Program-made: the position numbers and the translations under genes | The notes under the pieces: model-generated | Database searches by the model: none | What the model was told of the DNA's origin: nothing | What the model saw: the letters and a program-made list of their open reading frames with translations, nothing else | From: an uncultured Candidatus Saccharibacteria bacterium | GTDB taxonomy: Bacteria > Patescibacteriota > Kazan-3B-28 | Direction: 5' to 3' | DNA: 64,000 nucleotides | Assembly (NCBI GenBank): GCA_964434605.1 | Contig: CAYSVM010000001.1 | Span: 119,624-183,623, forward strand | Shown: one piece after another, positions 29,018-39,577 of the stretch | Layout of the letters: every line of letters starts with the position of its first letter | Position numbering within the stretch: position 1 is the first letter of the stretch

Positions 29018-29508
29018 TGTCTTCAGAGCACTCTTTCGATATCGTTTCGGAAATTGATGGGCAGGAATTAGCCAATGCTCTAGACCAAACTCGTCGAGAG
29101 TTGGTTGTTCGCTATGACTTCCGAGATGTCCCAACAGAGATCAAACAAGAGACCACCCAACTAGTGATTACCACCGCCGACGAATACAAACTCAAAGCGG
29201 TAAGAGATATTTTAGATACTAAGTTTTTACGTAGAGGACTTAGTCTAAAGATTTTGGGACAACCAAAGAACGAACCTGCAACTCAGGGGCAAATCCGCTC
29301 CACTATCCCGCTTGTTTCTGGTGTCTCAGCGGAATATGCAAAACAAATTAACAAGCTAATTCGAGACAATTTCCCCAAATCCAAGACTGCCATTCAAGGA
29401 GAAACTATTCGGGTCAGTAGCCCTAATATAGATACCCTTCAGGATATAATGGAAATGTTGAAAAACTCCGATCTCAGCCTTCCACTCCAATTTACTAATT
29501 ATCGCTAA
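29017..29508 (+). CDS. yajQ: YajQ-family nucleotide-binding protein (UPF0234)
   Basis: MSSEHSFDIVSEIDGQELANALDQTRRELVVRYDFRD, a YajQ N-terminal signature. Confidence 0.85.
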   Translation: MSSEHSFDIVSEIDGQELANALDQTRRELVVRYDFRDVPTEIKQETTQLVITTADEYKLKAVRDILDTKFLRRGLSLKILGQPKNEPATQGQIRSTIPLVSGVSAEYAKQINKLIRDNFPKSKTAIQGETIRVSSPNIDTLQDIMEMLKNSDLSLPLQFTNYR

Positions 29509-29532
29509 TTTAAAAAGAAAGGATTTTATTCT

Positions 29533-30534
29533 ATGGCCAGTAAAACCACCCCCTCCCCTGTCAGTACTCTAGATGCCGCTCTCGCCTCTATTCACAAAGA
29601 TTTTGGTGAAGGCTCAATCATGCGCCTAGGTGATTCTAAATCACTAGATGTCGAAACAATCCCAACCGGTTCCCTTGGACTAGATATTGCATTGGGAGTT
29701 GGTGGTGTGCCAAAGGGCAGGGTTATTGAAATCTTTGGTCCTGAATCATCTGGCAAAACAACCCTGGCTTTGAATATAGTTGCCCAAGCTCAGAAGAATG
29801 GCGAAGTTGCTGCATTTGTGGATGCTGAACATGCTCTAGACCCTGAATATGCCAAAAGACTTGGTGTGAATACAAAAGAACTTCTCATTTCCCAACCAGA
29901 TACTGGTGAACAAGCTCTTGGTATAGTGGAAGCACTTATTCGTTCCAATGCAGTTGGCGTGGTAGTAGTGGATTCAGTTGCTGCGCTTACACCAAAGGCA
30001 GAGATTGAAGGAGACATGGGAGATTCACATATGGGTTTGCAAGCTCGTCTTATGAGCCAAGCTCTTCGCAAGATTACTGCCGTTGCTTCTCGTTCCAAAA
30101 CAACTATTATCTTTATCAACCAGATTCGAATGAAGATAGGGATAATGTTCGGCAACCCTGAAACTACTACTGGGGGTAATGCATTAAAATTCTATTCATC
30201 AGTTCGGATGGATATTCGTCGAGTAGAGACTATTAAAGAAGGCGAAAACTCTATCGGTAACCACGTTCGTGTTAAGGTGGTGAAAAATAAAGTTGCTTCT
30301 CCTTTCCGCCAAGCAGAATTCGACATCATGTTTAACCAGGGAATTTCTAGAATGGGTGAATTAGTGGACTTGGGAACCCAAGCCAGTCTTCTTGGTAAAA
30401 GTGGAGCCTGGTATGAATACAATGGCGAAAAGATTGCTCAAGGGCGAGAAGCTGCCAAACAATATTTTACAGACAACCCCAAAGTAGCCAAAGAACTGGA
30501 GGTGGCAATTCGCCGTCTTCACGGGGTAAAATAA
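29533..30534 (+). CDS. recA: recombinase RecA
   Basis: Walker [13 protein letters not shown] and L2 region. 333 aa. Confidence 0.95.
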   Translation: MASKTTPSPVSTLDAALASIHKDFGEGSIMRLGDSKSLDVETIPTGSLGLDIALGVGGVPKGRVIEIFGPESSGKTTLALNIVAQAQKNGEVAAFVDAEHALDPEYAKRLGVNTKELLISQPDTGEQALGIVEALIRSNAVGVVVVDSVAALTPKAEIEGDMGDSHMGLQARLMSQALRKITAVASRSKTTIIFINQIRMKIGIMFGNPETTTGGNALKFYSSVRMDIRRVETIKEGENSIGNHVRVKVVKNKVASPFRQAEFDIMFNQGISRMGELVDLGTQASLLGKSGAWYEYNGEKIAQGREAAKQYFTDNPKVAKELEVAIRRLHGVK

Positions 30535-30639
30535 CCCTTGCTTCCCCCTACCCTTTTGGGTGTATAGTAAACAAAACAAAGCTCCAACCCTGGGGAGTAC
30601 TTTGATAAGCGGTTGTCTTCACTAAAGGAGGTGGTAATT

Positions 30640-30891
30640 ATGGAAAAAAAGCGAACAATCAGGCTGTTGGTAGCTGATGATGATTTCAGCAATAGCCGAA
30701 AAAGATTGGTAAGCTTTTCTATAGAAGAAGGTAAGATTGACGATCTGATTGACCGGCTCGTAACGCCAGAAGAGATCGAACAATTGCCCTCTTCGATATT
30801 AAAGATTTCAAAGGATTGGTATGAAGCGTGGCTTGCAAACCACCTTACCGATCAGGAGTTTGTGGCGCTATTGTGCCAAGGAATTTCTTAA
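30640..30891 (+). CDS. small hypothetical protein (83 aa)
   Basis: Strong SD AAGGAGGTG 8 nt before ATG 30640. The track start at 30613 lacks an RBS. Ends at a terminator. Confidence 0.5.
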   Translation: MEKKRTIRLLVADDDFSNSRKRLVSFSIEEGKIDDLIDRLVTPEEIEQLPSSILKISKDWYEAWLANHLTDQEFVALLCQGIS

Positions 30892-30907
30892 AGACACCGC
30901 TTATATG

Positions 30908-30941
30908 AAAGGGCGAGGACAATGAATATCCTCGCCCTTTT
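30908..30941. terminator. bidirectional intrinsic terminator between convergent genes
   Basis: 12-bp stem AAAGGGCGAGGA / TCCTCGCCCTTT with a 9-nt loop. T-tract on the plus side. Confidence 0.6.
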
Positions 30942-30955
30942 CCGTACACTTTAAA

Positions 30956-31954
30956 TTAAATAACTGTTACCGGGGTTCCATTAGGCGCCCAGTTATACAA
31001 AATACTTGCTTCGGTGATTCCCCATCTAACACACCCATGAGATACTGGTCGGCCTAGATGAGAATAGCCTTCATATAGCCTACCCTTTGTGTATAATCTG
31101 CCTCCGGCATAAACCTTTCCTTCCGTATAGCTAGAAGCTCGAACCTTCCAATAAGGTAAAGAATGCATCCCGTATCCGCGAAAACCATTTTTTTCACTAA
31201 TCAACCCCATCCAATAAGGCATCCATAGAGCATACTCACTAGAATACGCATCTGGAATATGATTCATAATCTTATATTTCCCTGCTGGTGTGGTGTAACC
31301 ACTTTTTCCTGAAGAAATTGGCAATGACGCTACTACGTAGCCATAGTCTAACCATTCTCCAACTTGTTCATTTCGATAAATTCGCACCTCTTTTTCGATA
31401 TCCGATTGGATCATTAAGGAATCCCCTACCTTTATTGTAAGAACAATAGGATCTCCGGTTAGCCAAGTCCCAGCTAGTACAGGACGAAAATATTCCTTAT
31501 ACCATCCCGTCCGTTTCGGCGCCCTCATTGTAAAGTTAAATTCCGCCACCCTATTAGCAAAAATATTTTTTCGCTCTCCGCCCATGCCAATACGTGTGGC
31601 AGATGTCCATTGGTCTGTCTTCCATACACTAATACGATCTTTATCACCCGTTGAAAATACCGTACCCAATTGCAAAACAGCACTGTCCCAAGTAGCACCA
31701 CTAGTATTACGAACAGATATTGTTACGGGTATTGTTGCCTCGGGTTGAGTGAAAAAATTAATCGAAGAAGTATCCAACACAAAATCAGTTGTTCCAACAG
31801 ATTGCGCACTAGCCTGGTAAATACTCCAAAATCCCAACACTCCTACTGTTGCTAGGCTCCCCCACTTCATTAATCGAAGTAGAAACGGATTGTGCATTTT
31901 TATTTTTAGTATCAAATACCCATACAGTATACCCAAAAAACAGCTTCCAGTCAA
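30956..31954 (-). CDS. L,D-transpeptidase (YkuD domain) with an N-terminal domain of unknown function
   Basis: Catalytic SHGCVRW near the C-terminus. The N-terminal module shares the EYFRPV motif with the S8 protease at the window end. A signal peptide is present if the start is the internal Met MHNPFLL. Confidence 0.8.
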   Translation of the reverse strand: MTGSCFLGILYGYLILKIKMHNPFLLRLMKWGSLATVGVLGFWSIYQASAQSVGTTDFVLDTSSINFFTQPEATIPVTISVRNTSGATWDSAVLQLGTVFSTGDKDRISVWKTDQWTSATRIGMGGERKNIFANRVAEFNFTMRAPKRTGWYKEYFRPVLAGTWLTGDPIVLTIKVGDSLMIQSDIEKEVRIYRNEQVGEWLDYGYVVASLPISSGKSGYTTPAGKYKIMNHIPDAYSSEYALWMPYWMGLISEKNGFRGYGMHSLPYWKVRASSYTEGKVYAGGRLYTKGRLYEGYSHLGRPVSHGCVRWGITEASILYNWAPNGTPVTVI

Positions 31955-31989
31955 GGGTTTTCACCTATAAAACAAAAATCCCAGACACT

Positions 31990-32208
31990 TTATATAAGGG
32001 GAAGAAGTGCCTGTAGATGAGGTTGGGTAGCCAAAAGTTGCCACACTATCGCTATCATTAACCCTCCAAATGCTATCAGGGTAAACCAAAGTAACCAGTG
32101 CGGAGCTGTATCGTATTCCTCTGGCATCTCTATTATTGTAAGACGTTTTTTTGATTTCGCTCTGCTAATTGCCTCGCGCAAGATTGAGGTAGTTTTTTTC
32201 TTTGTCAT
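31990..32208 (-). CDS. small hypothetical membrane protein (72 aa)
   Basis: Basic N-terminus and one TM helix (WLLWFTLIAFGGLMIAIVW). Confidence 0.4.
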   Translation of the reverse strand: MTKKKTTSILREAISRAKSKKRLTIIEMPEEYDTAPHWLLWFTLIAFGGLMIAIVWQLLATQPHLQALLPLI

Positions 32209-32216
32209 TACTACTA

Positions 32217-32882
32217 TTATAAGTCAGGCGTTACTACCAATACAAACTCACCTCGTGGTGTGTGCTGGTTAAAATACAAAATTGCATCATCTAAAGAGAG
32301 TCTTAGAATCTCTTCGTGTAACTTAGTTAGTTCCCTGCCCAAGATAACATCTCGATTTCCTAAAAATTGTTTAAGTTCACCAAGTGTTTTCAAGATACGA
32401 TTAGGTGATTCAAACAGGACTATAGGTACTGCCAATTTTTCTAGTTCCTTTAGTAAAGTTTGTCTACCTTTTTTCTTAGGCAGAAAACCGACAAACATAA
32501 AACTATCAGCAGGTATTCCCGCCACGCTTAAAATTGTCGTAACCGCACTGGGTCCCGGAATCGGAACTACTTTCAGGTTTTCTTTCTGTGCTAATCTCAC
32601 TAATTTCCCTCCAGGATCAGCTACATTTGGGGTTCCAGCATCGCTGACTAGGGCTATATCTTCTCCTCGTCTAAGTAGATCTACCAATTGCTCGAGTTTT
32701 TCTGGTTGGCTATGTTGGTGGACGGAGATCAACGGTGTTGTAACTAAATATTTATTCAAAAGTTTGCGAGTCTGCCGAGTATCTTCTGCTGCCACCACAT
32801 TAGCTTCCTTTAAAACGGTGATTGCTCTCAGGGTAATATCTTCCAAATTACCGATTGGAGTTGCCACAACAAAAAGCGTCAT
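32217..32882 (-). CDS. rsmI: 16S rRNA (cytidine1402-2'-O)-methyltransferase RsmI
   Basis: MTLFVVATPIGNLEDITLRAI...AAEDTR, tetrapyrrole-methylase fold. Confidence 0.85.
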   Translation of the reverse strand: MTLFVVATPIGNLEDITLRAITVLKEANVVAAEDTRQTRKLLNKYLVTTPLISVHQHSQPEKLEQLVDLLRRGEDIALVSDAGTPNVADPGGKLVRLAQKENLKVVPIPGPSAVTTILSVAGIPADSFMFVGFLPKKKGRQTLLKELEKLAVPIVLFESPNRILKTLGELKQFLGNRDVILGRELTKLHEEILRLSLDDAILYFNQHTPRGEFVLVVTPDL

Positions 32883-33760
32883 TTAAGAATCTCCTTAAAT
32901 TGATGATAAACCTTTCCCCAGTCAGCTAAAGTTAAATCCTGTGGTCGTGTTTTTGGATCAATTCGTATTTCCTCTAAGGCTTTATTAACCAGCTCATCGT
33001 CAAGATTTAATCCCCCTCCAAGAGAGTTGTGTAGCTGTTTGCGTCTTTCGCCAAATCCCGCTTTTACTATTCTGAAAAACAACTTTATATCATCTACTCC
33101 AAAGAGAATTTGTTTACGAGGTGTGATCCGAACAATAGCCGAATCCACTTCTGGTTTAGGCCAAAATGCTGTTCGTGGAACCTGGGCAATAATTTCTGGC
33201 TCACCAAAAAACTGTACCGAGATTCCCAGTACGCTCATTTCTCCAGGACCGGCAACAATGCGTTCAGCCACTTCTTTTTGCATCATTACTACAATAAGGT
33301 CAGGAGCAAGGTCGGTTTCGAGAAATAATTTTAAAATAGCAGAGGTGATGTAGTACGGCAGGTTCGAAACCAACTTATATCCAGTCCTTCCGCTTTTCAC
33401 CTTGGACCATTGTTTGTAGCGATCGTAAGTATAATGGCTATCAAGTTTCAGAATATTAGACGGAAGTATATCTAAATTTGTGTATCCGCTCCCAAGTCCT
33501 CTTAAAATTTCAAGAACCTTCTTATCCGTCTCTACTGCAAGCACCCGTCCTGCTAAATCGGCCATTGGGAAAGTTAAGACTCCAAAGCCCGGCCCAATTT
33601 CAATAACAAAATCTTTTTTTGTTAGTTCAGCAGCTTTGAGTGTTTGCTTCAGTACATTTTTATCCAACAAAAAATGCTGACCCAAGCTTTTTTGGGCTGA
33701 TACGTTGTAGTAGGTTAATAAACTTTTTACAGTCTTTAAATCAGTTAGGTCTAAGTCCAT
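32879..33760 (-). CDS. rsmA: 16S rRNA adenine dimethyltransferase RsmA/KsgA
   Basis: GQHFL, VIEIGPGFGVLT and NLPY motifs. Confidence 0.9.
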   Translation of the reverse strand: MDLDLTDLKTVKSLLTYYNVSAQKSLGQHFLLDKNVLKQTLKAAELTKKDFVIEIGPGFGVLTFPMADLAGRVLAVETDKKVLEILRGLGSGYTNLDILPSNILKLDSHYTYDRYKQWSKVKSGRTGYKLVSNLPYYITSAILKLFLETDLAPDLIVVMMQKEVAERIVAGPGEMSVLGISVQFFGEPEIIAQVPRTAFWPKPEVDSAIVRITPRKQILFGVDDIKLFFRIVKAGFGERRKQLHNSLGGGLNLDDELVNKALEEIRIDPKTRPQDLTLADWGKVYHQFKEILK

Positions 33761-33770
33761 GTCACATTCT

Positions 33771-34388
33771 CTATATCTTAAAATATTTAATCTTTATCTT
33801 TCCCGCTCCCAAGGGAGCAATTTTGGAAAAGGCCGGTTCATTCAAATCCAAATCAATACCGGTTGAAGCACTAGGACCATAATCGTTCACGACTACATCT
33901 ACGGTCTTTCCAGAAGCTATGGCAACTACTCTCAACTTAGTTCCCTTTGGGTACTTGCGACTAGCTGCTGTTAGTTTATCACCAAACCGATACCAAGTAG
34001 CCAGCCCCGAGTAAATTGGTGATTTTGGTTTTGTTGCGGCTACTTTGGCGGCTTGCGCTGCTTGGGCCAACTGACTTTGTCTTGTCTTCAGGTTTGCAGC
34101 AACAGTCGGATTCAGCGCCTCGCTAGATTTATTGACGATGGTTATCGTCATAGTGTCGGTAAGTTGAGTTTCTGGTGATGGCGTAATACCCAGTCCCTCA
34201 TAGTCTCCCCATTCAGAGAGCAGGAACTCAGCAACATCTTGGGCATTTGTTACGGTATCCCATTTAAGTCCGTTGTAGTCTATTAATATCGAATGCCAAG
34301 CGTTTGCTCGATTTATTCCTAGTCGGTTAACTCCAAGCGCAATCATCGCCAACAAAAGTAAATTGATTATAGATCGCCAAAAGGTCAT
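33771..34388 (-). CDS. RlpA-like double-psi beta-barrel protein (septal-ring lytic transglycosylase family)
   Basis: Signal anchor, then GLATWYRFG...TKLRVV...VVNDYGP, the DPBB signature. Confidence 0.7.
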   Translation of the reverse strand: MTFWRSIINLLLLAMIALGVNRLGINRANAWHSILIDYNGLKWDTVTNAQDVAEFLLSEWGDYEGLGITPSPETQLTDTMTITIVNKSSEALNPTVAANLKTRQSQLAQAAQAAKVAATKPKSPIYSGLATWYRFGDKLTAASRKYPKGTKLRVVAIASGKTVDVVVNDYGPSASTGIDLDLNEPAFSKIAPLGAGKIKIKYFKI

Positions 34389-36499
34389 TTCGATAGCTTT
34401 AATCTCGCCAATTCAGCTGCCAACGTCTTAATCCCCGAGGAGACAAAAGCTACGGTAACAATATCGGCAGTACGACTTATTACTACCCCCTCTCCGAATT
34501 GCTGGTGGGAAACTTTTACTCCCGGTTTTAGACTATCTGAATAAATAATTCTGGGAGAGTTTGTAACTTGGGTGCGTGGGGTATGGGACTGGTGGGCAAT
34601 AGTTTCGGTTAGCTCAACAGGCAGGTCGGAGATAAAACGGGAAGGCGGATTGATTTGTGGACTTCCATAGATTAATCGTTCTCGTGCATGAATCAGATAC
34701 ACTCGTTTGCGTGCTCGGGTAATGGCGACGTAACAAAGACGACGTTCTTCCTCCAGCTCCTGTTGGTCCATTAGGCTACGGCCATGAGGAAAGAGATTCT
34801 CTTCCATCCCAGCCACAAATACATAATTGAATTCTAGTCCCTTGGCCGAGTGTACAGTCATTAAGGTTATAGCATCATCACTTGGGGAATAATTATCGAT
34901 GTCAGAGATCAAAGTAACCTCTTCCAGGAATGTTTGAATAGCCAGTTGGTGCTCGAGATGGTCATATTTCTCCATCACCGACTTCAACTCGTATATATTT
35001 TCTAGCCTAGTTTGTCCTTCAATACCCGAATCCACTAACATCTTTTTATATCCCGTCTCAACCAAGACCGCATCTAGCAAATGACTCAGGCTTAGACTAG
35101 AAGCTTTTTTTATTAGCTTCTTTAAAATAGAAGAAAAATTCTTTAGAGATTCAGGCAAGTCGGAGGATTCTATCAACCAAGTTCCTGTTCCCATATTCTC
35201 GTTTGTAGCTCTGGCCAAAAGGTTTTCCCACATCTTTTTTCCCACACCACGGGTTGGCATATTAATTATTCTTTCCAGAGCTAGAGTATTATCTGGGTTT
35301 ATCAGCACAGAAAGATACGCTAGCATATCCTTTATTTCCCGTCTCTCATAAAAACGCACTCCCCCAATAACTCGGTAAGGTACCCCAGCACGAAGAAGCG
35401 ATTCCTCTATACTTCTAGACTGTGCATTAGTCCGGTACAAAACGACAACGTCATTTAGAGAGACTTGTTCTTGCTTCTTCAAGCGCTCCACTTCATGAAT
35501 AACAAATTCTCCCTCACTTCTTTCGTTAGCGGCTTCGTATATGACTATAGGCTCCCCTGCTGGTTCCTGGGTCCAAAGTTTTTTTTCACTTCGATTTCGG
35601 TTGTGTACTATAACCGCATGAGCAGCATCCAGAATATTTTGGGTTGAACGGTAGTTCTGTTCTAACTTCACTATTTTTGCTTCCGGATAATCTCTATGGA
35701 AATTCAGAATATTCTGGTAGTTTGCTCCCCGCCACGAATAAATAGATTGCCAGTCGTCCCCAACCACAAACAGATTCCTATACTTATCTGCCAAAAGTCG
35801 CACTAGCTCATACTGAGCGGTGTTAGTATCCTGATACTCATCAACCAGAATATATTTAAATTGTTCTTGGTATTTTTCTAGTATCTTTTTCTCTTGTCTA
35901 AACAACTCTACAGTTTTCATGATTAGATCATCGAAATCCAAAGACCGATTCTCTCGTAATATCTGTTGGTATACCACATACACTTTGGCTACCACTTGTT
36001 GGAAACTTCCCTGCGCCAAACGCCGATACTCATCTTCGGTTAGCAACTCATTTTTTGCGGATGAAATATGAGCTCGAACCCCTTCGGGATGGATTTTTTT
36101 TGGATCTAATTCCAATTTCTGCATTGCTCGCTTTACTGCAGTCAAAGAATCGTCACTATCTAAAATTGTAAATTGGCGACCGTATCCCAAGTGGTGTGCT
36201 TCCACCCGAAGTAACCTAGCAGAAAAAGAATGGAAGGTGCTAATAAAAAAGTGTTTTTTACTTCTGATTCCAAGTAACTTCAGTACTCGTTCGCTCATCT
36301 CCCCTGCCGCCTTATTGGTAAAAGTAATCGCCAAAATATTTGCCAGAGCGACATCGTGTTTTTGGTGTAAATAAGCAATACGGTGAGTAAGCGCCTTAGT
36401 CTTGCCAGAACCAGCTCCTGCCAACACTAAAACTGATCCCTTGAGAATTTTGACTGCCTCCCTTTGCTGGCTGTTTAGTTCCTTTAAGCTGTCTGACAT
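34385..36499 (-). CDS. ATP-dependent DNA helicase UvrD/PcrA
   Basis: Walker A AGAGSGKT, and motifs DEYQDTN, GDDWQSIY and TVHSAKGLEF. Confidence 0.9.
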   Translation of the reverse strand: MSDSLKELNSQQREAVKILKGSVLVLAGAGSGKTKALTHRIAYLHQKHDVALANILAITFTNKAAGEMSERVLKLLGIRSKKHFFISTFHSFSARLLRVEAHHLGYGRQFTILDSDDSLTAVKRAMQKLELDPKKIHPEGVRAHISSAKNELLTEDEYRRLAQGSFQQVVAKVYVVYQQILRENRSLDFDDLIMKTVELFRQEKKILEKYQEQFKYILVDEYQDTNTAQYELVRLLADKYRNLFVVGDDWQSIYSWRGANYQNILNFHRDYPEAKIVKLEQNYRSTQNILDAAHAVIVHNRNRSEKKLWTQEPAGEPIVIYEAANERSEGEFVIHEVERLKKQEQVSLNDVVVLYRTNAQSRSIEESLLRAGVPYRVIGGVRFYERREIKDMLAYLSVLINPDNTLALERIINMPTRGVGKKMWENLLARATNENMGTGTWLIESSDLPESLKNFSSILKKLIKKASSLSLSHLLDAVLVETGYKKMLVDSGIEGQTRLENIYELKSVMEKYDHLEHQLAIQTFLEEVTLISDIDNYSPSDDAITLMTVHSAKGLEFNYVFVAGMEENLFPHGRSLMDQQELEEERRLCYVAITRARKRVYLIHARERLIYGSPQINPPSRFISDLPVELTETIAHQSHTPRTQVTNSPRIIYSDSLKPGVKVSHQQFGEGVVISRTADIVTVAFVSSGIKTLAAELARLKLSK

Positions 36500-36570
36500 A
36501 CCTCCATATTATATACACCTTGAAAGGGGGCGGATAAACCTAGTGGAGAGCAGGCTGGTATACTATGGAC

Positions 36571-37308
36571 ATGTCTGGACATTCTAAATGGTCTACTATT
36601 AAACGGAAGAAGGGAGCCCTTGATGCCAAAAAAGGGGCTGAGTTTACCAAGCTAGCTCGTTTAATCGAAGTTGCTGCCAAATCCGGTCCAGATCCAGCGA
36701 TGAACTTCCGCCTAAAACTAGCTGTCCAAAAAGCCAAATCGGCCAACATGCCTTCGGCTAATATAGAAAAAGCTATCCGCAAGGGGGCTGGATTAGACAA
36801 GGACAAGAGTCAGATTGAAGAAGTTACATATGAGGGGATGGCTCCTGGCAATATTGCAGTAATGGTCCAAGCATTGACAGATAACAAAAACCGTACTGTC
36901 TCCGACTTGCGAAATCTCTTTACTAAACACGGTGGTGCTTTAGGAAATTCAGGTTCCGTTGCTTGGCAATTTTTCAATAAAGGAATTCTAGTTGTTCCCA
37001 AGGGGGATCCGGATCTAGAACTCAAAGCTATTGATGCCGGAGCAGAAGATATCCAAGATCAGGGAGATGTTTGGGAAATCCATACTTCCCCTACCAAGCT
37101 AAACCAAGTCAAACAAGCCTTAGTCTCTGTTGGAGTGGATGTCCAAGAAGACAAACTGGCCCTAGTACCAACTAATTTAGTTCGGATTACAGATGCCAAT
37201 ATTGCCCGTAAGATTTTAAACCTAATGGACGCCTTGGAAGACGATGAAGATGTGACAGAAGTGTTTAGTAATTTCGATATAGAAGACAATATTCTTCAAT
37301 CTCTTTAA
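36571..37308 (+). CDS. yebC: YebC/PmpR-family transcriptional regulator
   Basis: MSGHSKWSTIKRKKGALDAKKG N-terminus. Confidence 0.9.
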   Translation: MSGHSKWSTIKRKKGALDAKKGAEFTKLARLIEVAAKSGPDPAMNFRLKLAVQKAKSANMPSANIEKAIRKGAGLDKDKSQIEEVTYEGMAPGNIAVMVQALTDNKNRTVSDLRNLFTKHGGALGNSGSVAWQFFNKGILVVPKGDPDLELKAIDAGAEDIQDQGDVWEIHTSPTKLNQVKQALVSVGVDVQEDKLALVPTNLVRITDANIARKILNLMDALEDDEDVTEVFSNFDIEDNILQSL

Positions 37309-37309
37309 G

Positions 37310-37810
37310 ATGACCCAAATTATTCTCGGACTAGATCCTGGAACCGCTATCGTTGGCTACGGGATCGTCGCAACGGATGGACAAAAGATTAGTCATATCG
37401 CACATGGTTGCATTACTACTCCCAAAGAACATCCAATGCCTACTAGACTGAACCAAATCGCCAAAGAGCTACGGGATGTTTTGCGGAAATTCCAGCCAGA
37501 TATTGTTGCTGTAGAGGATCTGTTTTTTGCCAAAAACGTTACCACTACAATCAGCGTGGCACAAGGTCGGGGCGTCCTTTTGCAGACAGTTGCCAATCTC
37601 AAAATCCCCGTGGAACACTATACCCCCATGCAGGTAAAGCAGGCTCTTACTGGATATGGGAGAGCAGATAAGGCGCAAATTCAGAAGATGATTCAACTGC
37701 TACTTGGCTTGTCTACTGTTCCCCATCCAGACGACGCTGCCGATGCTCTTGCTATTGCGGTTACTTGTGCCAATTCCTCAAAACTGGCAAGTTTAAAGAG
37801 AGGCATATGA
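37310..37810 (+). CDS. ruvC: Holliday junction resolvase RuvC
   Basis: ILGLDPGTAIVGYG, with catalytic D and E residues in RNase H-like spacing. Confidence 0.9.
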   Translation: MTQIILGLDPGTAIVGYGIVATDGQKISHIAHGCITTPKEHPMPTRLNQIAKELRDVLRKFQPDIVAVEDLFFAKNVTTTISVAQGRGVLLQTVANLKIPVEHYTPMQVKQALTGYGRADKAQIQKMIQLLLGLSTVPHPDDAADALAIAVTCANSSKLASLKRGI

Positions 37811-38373
37811 TAGGAAGTATTACGGGGACAGTTACAGCAAAAGGACTCGACTGGGTTTTACTCCAGACCACTGGTGGTGTGGGATACAAAATCTCTGCAA
37901 CCCACCAGATTGTTTCTGCTGCAGAAATTGGTCAACCCCTAGAGCTTCTAACTCATCTTGTAGTGCGTGAAGACCAGATGTCTCTTTATGGATTTACAGG
38001 AAGTTCTGAATTAAATTTCTTCTCTCAGCTTGTTACCATTAGCGGTGTTGGACCGAGATTAGCTCTAAGCATCCTAAACGCAGGTTCCGTTAACGATCTC
38101 AAAACAGCTATCGTCAGCAATAACCTGGCGGTACTCACAATGATTAGCGGTATTGGAAAAAAGACCGCAGAACGCATTATGGTTGAACTAAAGAACCGCC
38201 TTGATTTTATCGGGACTGCATACTCTCCCGACACAGAAGATCTTTTGTCGGCACTTACCGGATTAGGGTATAATTCATATGAAGTGCGCCAAATCTTAAC
38301 AAGCCTGCCGAAAGATCTATCGACAACTGAAGAGAAACTAAAATACGCACTTCAGCACCTGGGTAAGAAATAA
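37807..38373 (+). CDS. ruvA: Holliday junction branch-migration protein RuvA
   Basis: MIGSITGTV start overlaps the ruvC stop (ATGA). HhH region LVTISGVGPRLAL. Confidence 0.85.
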   Translation: MIGSITGTVTAKGLDWVLLQTTGGVGYKISATHQIVSAAEIGQPLELLTHLVVREDQMSLYGFTGSSELNFFSQLVTISGVGPRLALSILNAGSVNDLKTAIVSNNLAVLTMISGIGKKTAERIMVELKNRLDFIGTAYSPDTEDLLSALTGLGYNSYEVRQILTSLPKDLSTTEEKLKYALQHLGKK

Positions 38374-38399
38374 TTATATTGGAATAATCCTATAGACCT

Positions 38400-38579
38400 A
38401 TGAAAGGAAGTAATCACTTTCTGTTTGGCGAGATGGATCTTTTTGATCAACTCGTTCTTCTCTTAGTTGGCGTCGTAATCCTGTTGGTGAATTTGGGGAT
38501 GCTCTCGGTAAGTTGGCTGGCCTATTGGCCGATCGTACTTATCATCATAGCCCTCAAAGAAATGCTGCAAAATAAATAG
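38400..38579 (+). CDS. small hypothetical membrane protein (59 aa)
   Basis: ATG 38400 to TAG 38579, two predicted TM helices. Missed by the track because it is under 60 aa. Confidence 0.35.
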   Translation: MKGSNHFLFGEMDLFDQLVLLLVGVVILLVNLGMLSVSWLAYWPIVLIIIALKEMLQNK

Positions 38580-38587
38580 ATCTGGTT

Positions 38588-39577
38588 TTGAAACAGAAAA
38601 AAATAATTATCAGTTCAATCATTTTAGGTGGCCTAGCAATAGTTTTGCTAGGCACCTATTTGTGGATGTTCGCACCGGCAAATTACAGAGGTGAACAATA
38701 TCTATTTACCGTCGAAAACGGTCAATCAATTACCCGAGTTATCTCTTCTTTACAGGATCAAGGATTTATTCGTTCGGTTTCTGGCGGACGACTTGTGTTC
38801 TGGGTTAGCGGGGTAAAGGTAATTCAATCGGGTACGTACAACATCTCTTCTCGTATGGATGTCTGGCAAATTGCTTCTATTTTCAGTTCAGGTAGTTCCG
38901 CAGTTTCTAATATAGTCATCCCCGAAGGATATACTATCCAACAAATTGCTGACTTGTTAGAGAAAAAAGGAGTTGCTGATTCCTCGGAATTTACCAACAC
39001 CACAAAAAACTGGACTAGCCAAGATGTCTTTCTCCAGTCGCGCATCAAAAAAGATTCTCTGGAGGGGTATCTTTTTCCAGATACTTATCGGATAAACAAA
39101 GGCACTCCGACTAAAGATATCGTCTCTATGATGCTGAATAATTTTCAGCGTAGGATTGCTCCCTTGCAGACCCAGATCGACAAAAGTGGACATACTCTTA
39201 ACCAAATCCTTATCCTCGCCTCGCTGGTGGAGGATGAGGCGCGTACCGAAACTAACCGTAAACTAGTTGCTCAAGTTCTTCTCAATCGTATTGCCAAAGG
39301 AATGCGTCTAGATGTCGATGCTACCGTTCGTTACATTACCGGCAATTGGAATAATCCTATTACAAAAGCAGACTTGAATAGTAATTCTCCCTACAACACA
39401 AGAAAATTTTCCGGTCTTCCTCCTACTGCGATTTGTAACCCAGGCCTTATGTCAATTCAAGCAGTACTCTTCCCCGCTTCGACTGATGCGTTGTATTACC
39501 TGACCGACAAAGACGGTGTCATGCACTACGCAAAGACGCTGGACGAACACAACCAAAATAAAGCTAAGTATTTGTAA
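38588..39577 (+). CDS. mltG: endolytic murein transglycosylase MltG/YceG
   Basis: TTG start, N-terminal TM, and catalytic region LASLVEDEARTETNRKLVAQVLLNRI. Confidence 0.85.
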   Translation: MKQKKIIISSIILGGLAIVLLGTYLWMFAPANYRGEQYLFTVENGQSITRVISSLQDQGFIRSVSGGRLVFWVSGVKVIQSGTYNISSRMDVWQIASIFSSGSSAVSNIVIPEGYTIQQIADLLEKKGVADSSEFTNTTKNWTSQDVFLQSRIKKDSLEGYLFPDTYRINKGTPTKDIVSMMLNNFQRRIAPLQTQIDKSGHTLNQILILASLVEDEARTETNRKLVAQVLLNRIAKGMRLDVDATVRYITGNWNNPITKADLNSNSPYNTRKFSGLPPTAICNPGLMSIQAVLFPASTDALYYLTDKDGVMHYAKTLDEHNQNKAKYL

